A DNA stretch of 63,520 bases, the filler included, from Octopus bimaculoides (lineage: Eukaryota), in assembly GCF_001194135.2 (NCBI RefSeq). It is 5 parts of 5 records of this genome, joined end to end, with 100 filler letters (N's around TTAATTAATTAA, not from the genome) between each part and the next. Parts side by side here need not be neighbours in the genome. Positions count along the whole stretch, not along the records: positions 1 to 31,353 come from NC_068985.1; 4 more parts are not named here. One strand, 5' to 3'. This document shows positions 1 to 10,713 of the stretch, in pieces. Numbering within the stretch: the stretch's first letter is position 1; every line of letters begins with the position of its first letter. Both the position numbers and the translations under genes were made by a program. The notes beneath the pieces are model-generated. The model ran no database searches. It worked only from the letters and a program-made list of their open reading frames with translations, and had not been told where the DNA came from.

Positions 1-326
1 TGAAGGGGAAACAGGGCAGAGGGAGCCTCGATCGGCGTTCGTGCCCTTTTTTCGAATGGGGCTGAGGTCAGGACAAGACGTGTTAAGCGACGGTCTAGGT
101 TTGGGAAGGTTTGGGAGAAGCAGCTGCTATACCTGGTGTACCTTGGGTCGGGGAAAGCTTCAAGGATCGGATACCTCAAGATGGACTCGCAGTCGAGGAA
201 AGGAAAACCGAGGTTAGGCGATTACATCTACTCGTACGCACACACCACAGTAGTCACAGCCCATATTTCACTGACATGCAGCACAGACATCATATAATCT
301 ACCTTTCACTCTGAGGAGTGTCGGTG

Positions 327-2340
327 AATAAGAGGTGCAATGGGGAGCTTGTGATACCAGTATTTGTGTATACGCATGGTGTATGTAGGATGTGTGTGTG
401 CATGATGAACTTGTGTGGTGTATTATGGTGTGGAGGAATGTGTGAAGAAGTAGGTTGGAGTCATGTAATAGCTTTACGGTGTGATGGTTTGTGTATCTGT
501 GTGTGCATGTAATGCATATGTGCAGTCAGCAGTTATTGCCCATATACCACCAGTGTAGTTTGTGTCTTGTTCAATTGATATGTATGTATGCATAAAATAG
601 TGTACATACTTCTTGAGATGGCTGTGCAAAAGTTAGGCCCTTCATTATTAACAGAGGTAGTAGCTTTCTGAACTTTGCCTAGTCCATTCCTTTTCTAACA
701 GCTATGCTTTTGGAACCTCCACCACTGCTAACCTGGTCGCCTATGTAATAGAAACTGTTTACTGCTACGGATTGCCCCTGATATTTGAGGGAGTCTATTT
801 TTTGTACATTCCTGGTGTTTAATGTACCTGCACATCTNNNNNNNNNNNNNNNNNNNNNNNNNNNNNNNNNNNNNNNNNNNNNNNNNNNNNNNNNNNNNNN
901 NNNNNNNNNNNNNNNNNNNNNNNNNCTGACACTTTTCTTCATATCAAGCAGGGCCATCTCCCTGAAGAGATTTGTGATCTCTTCAGGGAGATGGCCCTGC
1001 TTGATATGAAGAAAAGTGTCAGGAGAAACTCCATATGGTGTACCCTGTGCAAGCTATAGACATATATGAGGTGCAGTGGTGTCACTGAAAGATTAACAGA
1101 GAAAGTAGTCTGTACATGTGGCAGATGTGCAGGTACATTAAACACCAGGAATGTACAAAAAATAGACTCCCTCAAATATCAGGGGCAATCCGTAGCAGTA
1201 AACAGTTTCTATTACATAGGCGACCAGGTTAGCAGTGGTGGAGGTTCCAAAAGCATAGCTGTTAGAAAAGGAATGGACTAGGCAAAGTTCAGAAAGCTAC
1301 TACCTCTGTTAATAATGAAGGGCCTAACTTTTGCACAGCCATCTCAAGAAGTATGTACACTTTGGTCTTTGCTAAATCAACTCTAAGGCCCTTTGATTCC
1401 AGACCATGCTTCCATAACAGAAATTTCTTCTCTAGTTCTGGTAGTGATTCAGCAATGAGAACAAGGTCATCTGTGTAGAGGAGCTCTCAAGAATAGCCAA
1501 AACTTACTTGCAAGTCACTGGTCATTCCAAGGCTATAGTAGAAGATAATTGTCTAATGTGCTGCCCAGTGAAACTGAACCCAAAACAATTTGGTTGCAAA
1601 GTGAATTTCTTAGCCACATACCCATACTGGTGTGTGTATAGATATATAATACTGAACATTTATGTGACATCCACCTAAATGACACCACATCACCAGTTAG
1701 AGACCACTTCAACTCAACTGCACACACTATTTCCCTTCTCTCAGTCTGTGGTGTCTTTTCACACCACAAACACTCTTCTTGCTACAAGAAAGAACAATAC
1801 TTCACCTCATCTTATGGTATTAACAGTGTGGTCAAAATAACATAAATACACTCTACCACACTTTTGCACAGCCATCTCAAGAAGTATGTACACTATTTTA
1901 TGCATACATACATATCAATTGAACAAGACACAAACTACACTGGTATATGGGCAATAACTGCTGATTGCACATATGCATTACATGCACACACAGATACACA
2001 AACCATCACACCGTAAAGCTATTACATGACTCCAACCTACTTCTTCACACATTCCTCCACACCATAATACACCACACAAATTCATCACGCACACACACAT
2101 CCTACATACACCATGCGTACACACAAATACTGGTATCACAAGCTCCCCATTGCACCTCTTATTTTCCCTCCCATCTCTCTTTTTCACAATCTCTACCTCT
2201 CTCTTTCACTCCATTTAACTCAACCATAACTCAGATTATGCTCCTTCTGGTCATTCTATTCCAGTTTACAACTTTCATTATGAAACCTGCAATGTAAATA
2301 GTTGTCTTATTTGGTATTGTAGTTTTCTTTTTCTCTTGCC
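327..2340. mobile_element. Rearranged RTE-type non-LTR retrotransposon fragments (RT and downstream region in both orientations)
   Basis: Minus strand ~1361-1490 reads ELLYTDDLVLIAESLPELEKKFLLWKHGLESKGLRVDLAKTK (degenerate RT YADD motif). Plus 1066-1281 reads ...NSFYYIGDQVSSGGGSKSI..., homologous to DSFCYQGNSGGGCSESV in the LINE at 20140-22770. Confidence 0.8.
600..1360. repeat. Fold-back palindrome, ~380-bp arms, 5-nt loop at 972-976
   Basis: 600-837 is the reverse complement of 1123-1360; 926-971 is the reverse complement of 977-1022; the gap 838-925 faces 1023-1122. Confidence 0.9.
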
Positions 2341-2813
2341 TATCAATTCTTAATCCTCCTCTTGATAAAGGGTATCACCTAAAATGTCAGTCTCTTTTCT
2401 TTCTTCCATTAGGGTATTACACTTTATTGTCCACTGTTGTTGTTTTGCTTTATATGTCTACATTTTGTTTGTCTGACTGTAATCTTTTGTGGGTTTGTTT
2501 CTTTCCTCTTTTGTCTCAAATTTTATTTGCATTATTCATGTAATTTTTACCTTATATCTATATTACTGTGTTGAATCAAAAGTTTTGCAATATTTTGTTA
2601 ACTTATTTACTTTATTCATCGACATACAACAACAACAGCCTAGCATTCAAAGCAGAGGCAATCATGTTGCACCGTCAGAAGCTACTTTTCTGCCAATTCT
2701 TTGATCCTATGCTGATACCAGTTCTTGTTCTTTGAGGTGAAGAACTTCTTCTCTGAAGCTCCAATCTCCACCTCCTCTTGATTGATGAAATATCACAAGC
2801 ACAGGAATTGAGC

Positions 2814-3174
2814 TGTAGTAACGCTGTGCGCATGTGTAGTCTCACGCATGCGTGCAATTCAACAACCAAGCTTTCCCGCTTCGTTCTGTCTCTTTCTTGC
2901 TGGCCAGCGATTGAGCAAGGACATGTTTAGCTGTCTCTCTCCATCTTTCGAACTTACGCTCGACAGCTCGTTTACATCTACATACCAACGTCCCAACAAC
3001 CATGCTCACACACACAGAAGCTGTAACAACAAACAAGAGCTAAAGATGTATAAATTACCACCTTGAATAAATGTTGTTTGTGTTGATAGTCTGGAGTTCA
3101 GCGTTCCGTTAATTTCTAATTTTATATAGGAAAGTTAGGTATACATCTAATAATGTATAACCCACTTTCCTATA
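2814..3174 (+). repeat. 5' LTR (361 bp)
   Basis: Matches 4853-5196 apart from about 5 substitutions and a 17-bp indel. Confidence 0.9.
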
Positions 3175-4852
3175 AAGTGGTGACCCCGACGAAGAAAAAA
3201 CGCGGCCATGGATTCTGGACTACCAGCCTATAACTGGTGAACCCGACTAAAGAACAAATGCAGCCATGGAGACTGAACTACCAAGTAACGATGACCACCG
3301 ACATCTCCAACCATAGTCAACACGACTTACTATGTACACCAAACTAAACCACCGCGGCAAATCTCTCTCTTCGATTCTGTTAGGTGACTTAGCTTCACCA
3401 CGATAATAAACAGACAAGAATTACAGCCTGTGATACTTCCAATTGTGTACTCAAGAACTTGGTATAAAACTCTCACGTGTACTGACTTTCTATCTGCTGT
3501 GATATCTCACATACATATAGACGGCCTGTCTTTTATTATGTTCTTATATGTCGCATTCACACTCTCACATACACATACATCTTTTATGCCACACTAAATA
3601 TCTCTTGTTATTCATTTCATATNNNNNNNNNNNNNNNNNNNNNNNNNNNNNNNNNNNNNNNNNNNNNNNNNNNNNNNNNNNNNNNNNNNNNNNNNNNNNN
3701 NNNNNNNNNNNNNNNNNNNNNNNNNNNNNNNNNNNNNNNNNNNNNNNNNNNNNNNNNNNNNNNNNNNNNNNNNNNNNNNNNNNNNNNNNNNNNNNNNNNN
3801 NNNNNNNNNNNNNNNNNNNNNNNNNNNNNNNNNNNNNNNNNNNNNNNNNNNNNNNNNNNNNNNNNNNNNNNNNNNNNNNNNNNNNNNNNNNNNNNNNNNN
3901 NNNNNNNNNNNNNNNNNNNNNNNNNNNNNNNNNNNNNNNNNNNNNNNNNNNNNNNNNNNNNNNNNNNNNNNNNNNNNNNNNNNNNNNNNNNNNNNNNNNN
4001 NNNNNNNNNNNNNNNNNNNNNNNNNNNNNNNNNNNNNNNNNNNNNNNNNNNNNNNNNNATGTACTGTCTACCACAATGTCGTGCGCCAACAACCCCACCA
4101 CCAGGGACACACCAATATCAACACACTCAGTTTTATCGACTCTGTTAGAGTGGATGTTTCCACTCACGATCAACAGACCATCCAGAATATTTAATACCAG
4201 TTAACAGGTCTCAACTAGCATCCGACACTCAACTATAGCTCTGCTCACTGACCACGACTTCCTGCGTATTAACATTCCAAATTTCCTTGTGTAACTTTTA
4301 TAGAATATCCCGTACCAGGTAACCGGTCACAACTAGCATCCGACGCTCAACTACAGCTCTGCTCATGGACCACAACTTCCTGTGTATGGACATTCTATCT
4401 CCTTGTGGAATTTTTATACGAACTGGTTTTCTCCATCTCAGTGTTTTAAGACTTTTCACAGTCTGTTACAGACACTTTTACTATGTTCTGTGTTTTTTCT
4501 CACACACACACTTGTGCACTCATACATTTTCTTTCCTTTCAGTAAAAACAAACCCTCAGACTTTCACATTCCGTGATTCCAGTTCCTGGACAGTAGTCAT
4601 CACAATTTTGTTTTCTCATTGTCTCATTTGTTTTTTACTAGGTGGCATTTACTGCCCATATTGCATGTTTTTCTTTCATTCCTTCAATTTGTACATTGCA
4701 TGCATGTATCACACGAGTGTACAATTCATTTCTTTCCTTTTTCTTTGTGTGTGTTTGTGCTACATCTTGTGGGTGGTTTTCAGTGGCCATCCTGCCTCAG
4801 GCGTTCCAACAGATTTCATATTATCGTGCGTTCCACACTGGCAAGGGAGCCC

Positions 4853-5196
4853 TGTAGTAACGCTGTGCGCATGCGTAGTCTCACGCATGCGTGCAATTCA
4901 ACAACCAAGCTTTCCCGCTTCGTTCTGTCTCTTTCTTGCTGGCCAGCGATTGAGCAAGGACATGTTTAGCTGTCTCTCTTCATCTTTCGAACTTACGCTC
5001 GACAGCTCGCTTACATCTACATACCAACGTCCCAACAACCATGCTCACACACACAGAAGCTGTAACAACAAACAAGAGCTAAAGATGTATAAATTACCAC
5101 CTTGAATAAATGTTGTTTGTGTTGATAGTCTGGAGTTCTAATTTTATATAGGAAAGTCAGGTATACATCTAATGATGTATAACCCACTTTCCTATA
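4853..5196 (+). repeat. 3' LTR (344 bp)
   Basis: Copy of 2814-3174, preceded by a purine-rich tract and followed by the TSD GAGC. Confidence 0.9.
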
Positions 5197-5574
5197 GAGC
5201 CATGGATTGGAACAAGTAATAATCTAAGGGAATTAAGTCCAGACTATATGTTGGAATTGGCATCAGTTCAATTCCCTCAAGTTCTTGGAATTTATTCCAG
5301 GTTGTTTAACTAATGCTAGGTATTTTTGTTGCATAATGATACATGCACTGCAGTTGTTCAGGTTGGCATCGATGGCTCAACCGTCCAGAACAAACTTGTA
5401 ATGAATTATCACCTTGTGTTTGAAATGTCCATGAACACAAGAAATCTTTATTAAAATATTCTCATTACTGTTACTAAAATAATGGGAAAAAAATTCACTT
5501 AAGCAACCAACACACACACACAATAACCTTCCAAAACAAATTTTCTGCAGCTGGATAACATGACAAATGACACA

Positions 5575-7735
5575 AAAAAGAATTAAGAGAAGGTGAAAGG
5601 ATGAAAGGAAAAACATTCATTCATACTTGTCAGGGACATAGTACCAAGATCAAAGATGAGATGTTGCTCCTTTCATTTCCTAGAGGAGGTGGGGGTCTGT
5701 GGTGCAAGTCCATGCCTGCCACACTGACGAACCTGCAATGTAAGAACATTGTTATCAAGCCAGCCAGCAAAGGAGGTGCAGTTGTTGTTTGGTGAGCCGA
5801 CCTTTACAGAAAAGAGGCATTCCATTAACTCAACAACTCCAGATACTACATGAAGATACCAAGTGATCTCACAGCCATTAGCAGAGGAATGTTTCAACCA
5901 TTGTACATCAGCTGATCTCTTCTGGTTCACTGCCACCCACCTCGTCATCACACCCCAAACCTCCACTATCTATTTTGTCCCTAAAATACATAAAGATAAT
6001 CCCAGCCACCCTATTGTCTCTGCTTGCAATTGCTCCACAGAATTTTCATCCTCCTACCGTGACAAACTTTTATCCCCTCTCATTACTGCCTTACCTTTGT
6101 ATATCAAAGACACTAACCAAGCACTACACCTCATCAATGCATTCTCTTTTCCACCTGGTGAATCTAAACTCCTTTTCACCATGGACATTAAATCTTTGTA
6201 GTCATCTCTCACAACGAGTCTACTAGCACTTAAACACTTCTTAGACCGTTGTTCTGTATCTGAATCCAGCACTACTATACTCCTCTGCTCAGCTGAGCTC
6301 GTTTTAATGCTCAATTGTTTTTTTCTTCTCTAGTGAATTCTATAAGCAGGTCAGCGGTGTTGCTATGGGCCCCAATTATGCCAACCTCTTTGTAGGTTAT
6401 GTAGAGGAGCAAATCTTTGCTCACTTCACTGGACCCATGTATGGTCATTAGATCAACAACTGTATTGGCGCCACATGCCTTAACAAATTTTATTTCTTTA
6501 ACACCTTTCATCTAGACAATATCTTGACTACTGTTTGCTTTCTGGGTATCTCCGTCAAAATACACAATACCAACTTCTGTCTAATATAAACCTACCGACT
6601 CCCTCTCCTACCTCCACCACTCTTCTCCACCCTAAACACATTAAATCTGCCATACCTTTCTCTCAGTTTCTTAGCCTTCGACAACTTTGCAGCAACGATT
6701 TGGATTTCAAATCCCATTGCAAAACGATGTGACAGTTTTTCCTGAATCAAAGGTATCCTCCATCAGTTGTTGACCCGGCACTCCACCGAGCCCAAGCCAG
6801 CAACTGCACCACTGTTCTCCTACTGTCTTCATGCACTTCCACCAACTGTATTCCATTCTCTCACCTACCACCTGTCCATCCTCCCTCTAAAATACAAACT
6901 CACCCACAACTTTCGCATTCTTTCTGACTCAACAACCACCCCTATCTTTCCCACATCACCTCTCCTGTCTTTTAAAAAAGATAGGAGGCTTAGAAATCTC
7001 AGTTAGAAGTGCCACAGCTCCATACAAGCAGGAACCTTTAAATCTGCTCACTAACAATGTAACACATGCCCCTACATCAACAGTATTACCACCATCACAG
7101 GGCACAAGAAGCAATATCACATAACACACCACTTCTGTTGCACTTCGGCAAATTTCATATATTGCATCATATGCAAACTCTGTGGTGTTTTTTACATTGG
7201 AGAAACAGGGCAACACCTTGGGGATTGCTTTTGCAAACACATCAGAAGCATAATGCTATGTATGTCAGGCTAACCCGTCACTACCCACTCCAATACTGTG
7301 AATCATTCTATTGCAGATTTATCAGTGTGTGGCATGGCCTTGCCCCACAGACCCCACTTCTCTAGGAAACAAAAAGAGCAACATCTCATATTTGATCTTG
7401 GCACTATGTCCCTGACAGGTATGAATGAACATTTTTCCTTTCATCCTTTCACCTTCTCTTAATTCTTTTTTACCCTTTTTAATCCTCCTTCCACCCTCTC
7501 TCTGCAACATTCTCATATTTACTTACCTCTACTCGCTCCATCACCCTTTTCCTCCTCTTTTCTGCATGCCATCTCCTATAATTTCTGTTTCATGTTTGCG
7601 GCCTGTGTTATTCTGGGTTCATTATCAGTTGCAGCCAGTTTTTAACGCTGAGAGAATATAAAACTCTGTTTTTCTACAACTTCACTTTTTCTCTACCCCC
7701 TGATGAAGGATTACATCCAAAACGTTTTATATATA
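5575..7735 (+). mobile_element. Penelope-like element (RT + GIY-YIG), decayed, with inverted terminal segment
   Basis: Frameshifted motifs IKPASKGGAVVVW, FVPKIHKDNPSHPIVS, LLFTMDIKSL, AMGPNYANLF, IPFSQFLSLRQLCS and GIY-YIG-like IYCIICKLCGVFYIGETG. 5575-5728 is an inverted copy of 7322-7472. Confidence 0.85.
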
Positions 7736-8159
7736 CNNNNNNNNNNNNNNNNNNNNNNNNNNNNNNNNNNNNNNNNNNNNNNNNNNNNNNNNNNNNNNNN
7801 NNNNNNNNNNNNNNNNNNNNNNNNNNNNNNNNNNNNNNNNNNNNNNNNNNNNNNNNNNNNNNNNNNNNNNNNNNNNNNNNNNNNNNNNNNNNNNNNNNNN
7901 NNNNNNNNNNNNNNNNNNNNNNNNNNNNNNNNNNNNNNNNNNNNNNNNNNNNNNNNNNNNNNNNNNNNNNNNNNNNNNNNNNNNNNNNNNNNNNNNNNNN
8001 NNNNNNNNNNNNNNNNNNNNNNNNNNNNNNNNNNNNNNNNNNNNNNNNNNNNNNNNNNNNNNNNNNNNNNNNNNNNNNNNNNNNNNNNNNNNNNNNNNNN
8101 NNNNNNNNNNNNNNNNNNNNNNNNNNNACTATCTAGAAGGATAGATATATTATTGAGAA

Positions 8160-8397
8160 CAATGGATTTAGCTGGTGGTCTTGTTATCTCTATTCTAGAT
8201 TTTGGTGATGTAGAAGAGGTTAGAAAGGGTCAAGTGGTGAAGACATTGTTTCGGCCTAGCTAAAGGCATCTGGAAAATATTAAACTGCTGTCAGAGAAAA
8301 ACCTATTGTTCCACCGTGGGAAAAGTTCTGTTGCAGTGTTGATTTAAATTTGGCTATGGTCGATCGAATGCACTTCATGCATGCAAGATCCACTACA
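8160..8397 (-). repeat. Putative 3' LTR (distal end missing or replaced)
   Basis: About 238 bp matching 14802-15037 with about 8 differences; similarity stops ~25 bp short of the LTR end, near an N gap. Confidence 0.8.
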
Positions 8398-9469
8398 TCA
8401 CTTTCCTCGCCAGTGAGGTTCCTGGGAGGGAAGCTAACGAACAAAGGAGACAAAGAAATGCATGATAAATGCCCTGGAATGGTTGAGGATAAATTTTGCA
8501 TATCAGGAGAGAGGATCGTTGAAGTGTATATGGGACAGTGTCGCTTTGCGTGCTAAAATGTGTACAGTCAGTGACTGGGCAGTACAGCAAATGGGCGCGT
8601 ATGTGCACATGAGGGCGTATACAGGAGTGGAGGGGCACGTTTCGAAATTGACTGAAAAGTAAGCTCAGAGGAGCGAGTGAGTGCATTCTCAATCCGTGAT
8701 ATGAAAGATCTTCCTGCAGGGTTGCAATGTGTGAAATGCCTTGAAGGTGAAATGCCCTGGTGCTGTTGTCGTGGTTAATTGCTGAGTTAGCAAGGACGAC
8801 AGTGTAAGCATGCTGAAGTGATGCGTGAGACAGATCGTTAATTACGTGACCAAACAGGGGTCTACGGAGGAAATTATATCTAAACATGAGCGCAGAGCAT
8901 GTGAACATCCGACGTGCTTTGAGTCGGGATTAGAATTGAGCTGATGCAGACGTGTTGCAAAATAGGGCGGTAGATGCATAATAGAGATGCAAGTGCATGA
9001 GTGCAATAGAGCTTACAAGGCTGAGGCTAATGCTAGTGCATTGATTACAAATAAGTGTGCAGTATTGAATATGCCAGTGATTAATGCAGTAAGGCTGAGG
9101 TTGCCAGCTGGTGCATGAGGTATTATAAGCCTCGATCGTGCAGGAATAAAAGTGTGACATGCTGGCGCATTGTAAGGGACAAACAACTTTCTCTATGTAT
9201 GCGTGACCGACATAGAGTCTTACAGAGATGAGTTGTGTCTACAAGGGCGCATTGAGCATGGAAAACAAGCGAGATAGGCATGTGCGGTGCATGAATGTGA
9301 CAGGGATAGCATTTGTTCGTGTATGAACCATGTGTGCAGATGTGTGTGCAAGGCCAGATACTGAGGAAAGGTGCATGCGGTTGTGTATGCAACAATACAT
9401 TTTCAAAGTGAACGAGAAAAAAGTACATGCAAAATATGAATCCAATTGAGAAGGCATGCAGACAAAAAA

Positions 9470-9580
9470 TTCAGGTTATGAATAAATGTTCAGGTGATGC
9501 TTAAATGTTCCGTTCATGACTAAAATGTTCAGTTGATGACTAAAATGTTCAATTCATGAATAAAATGTTCAGTTCATTTG
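9470..9580. repeat. Short tandem array, ~20-bp unit (TAAAATGTTCAGTTCATGAA-like)
   Basis: About 5 imperfect copies of aaatgttc..tgatg/tcatga. Confidence 0.7.
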
Positions 9581-9642
9581 AGTCTGATTGAATGTAAGCA
9601 GGATCAATTTAATTTAATATGCGAAACAGAAAATTGAATTAA

Positions 9643-10608
9643 TCTTCTAATATATAAAATAGAGATGTCTGTGTATTCGCTTTTCACGTGAAATCAACTT
9701 CACCAAATGCTTCCATACTTGTGATGCATGAATAATTTGACCTCGGACAAATGTTAGGCTCTTCATTTGATTTTTTTATTAAAAATAAATAATATTGCCT
9801 TATATTTATGATTCACTTCTTTAAAAAGGTTCCTCAATGTCAACTTCCGGTATTTACGTAACAATGGCAAAAAGCTTCACTCTCTATTTTGACGTTTTTG
9901 TACCAAATGCTTACATACTTGTGATGCAATGTCAACTTCCGGTATTGACGTAGCAACGGCAAAAAGCTTCACTCTCTATTTTGACGTTTCTGTGTATTCG
10001 CTTTTCAAGTGAAATCGACTGCACCAAATGCTTCCATACTTGTGATGCATCAATAATTTGACCTCGGATAAATGTTAGGCTCTTCATATTTATGATTCAC
10101 TTCTTTAAAAAGGTTCGAAATATTTACNNNNNNNNNNNNNNNNNNNNNNNNNNNNNNNNNNNNNNNNNNNNNNNNNNNNNNNNNNNNNNNNNNNNNNNNN
10201 NNNNNNNNNNNNNNNNNNNNNNNNNNNNNNNNNNNNNNNNNNNNNNNNNNNNNNNNNNNNNNNNNNNNNNNNNNNNNNNNNNNNNNNNNNNNNNNNNNNN
10301 NNNNNNNNNNNNNNNNNNNNNNNNNNNNNNNNNNNNNNNNNNNNNNNNNNNNNNNNNNNNNNNNNNNNNNNNNNNNNNNNNNNNNNNNNNNNNNNNNNNN
10401 NNNNNNNNNNNNNNNNNNNNNNNNNNNNNNNNNNNNNNNNNNNNNNNNNNNNNNNNNNNNNNNNNNNNNNNNNNNNNNNNNNNNNNNNNNNNNGGATATT
10501 CACGTAAATCATTTTTTTCATTTAATCCCCATTTTAATTTTCGTAAAAGTTTCCAAGTACCAATAAGCAACAATTTCATTCCCGGGCAACGCCGGGTGCC
10601 TCTGCTAG
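9643..10608 (+). mobile_element. Non-autonomous Helitron-type element
   Basis: 5' TC terminus (TCTTCTAATATATAAAA) after an A; 3' GC hairpin CCCGG-GCAACG-CCGGG (10581-10596), then CTAG (10605-10608) followed by T; no TSD; internal duplications. Confidence 0.75.
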
Positions 10609-10713
10609 TGCAATATAAATATGGATATGGTCCTTGTGAAGTTCAGTGGAAAGAAAAATATAAATACATTTTGTAGCTGTTCGTGTGGATATTGAAGCAT
10701 TGGTGCCTGTAAA

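Larger units (their letters stand above)
2814..5196 (+). mobile_element. Non-autonomous Gypsy-type LTR retroelement (no recognisable coding capacity in the sequenced part)
   Basis: Direct LTRs at 2814-3174 and 4853-5196 (TGTAG...CTATA). PBS-like TGGTGACCCCGAC at 3178-3190, PPT-like CACTGGCAAGGGAGCCC at 4836-4852, TSD GAGC at 2810-2813 and 5197-5200. An N gap at ~3623-4058 hides part of the interior. Confidence 0.9.

Noticed and set aside
10672-10713. Possible internally deleted LTR remnant just after the pol stop (TGTA-17 nt-TGAAGCA.TG spacing like 14775-14804)
   Set aside because: Only two short anchors match; not distinguishable from chance by eye.
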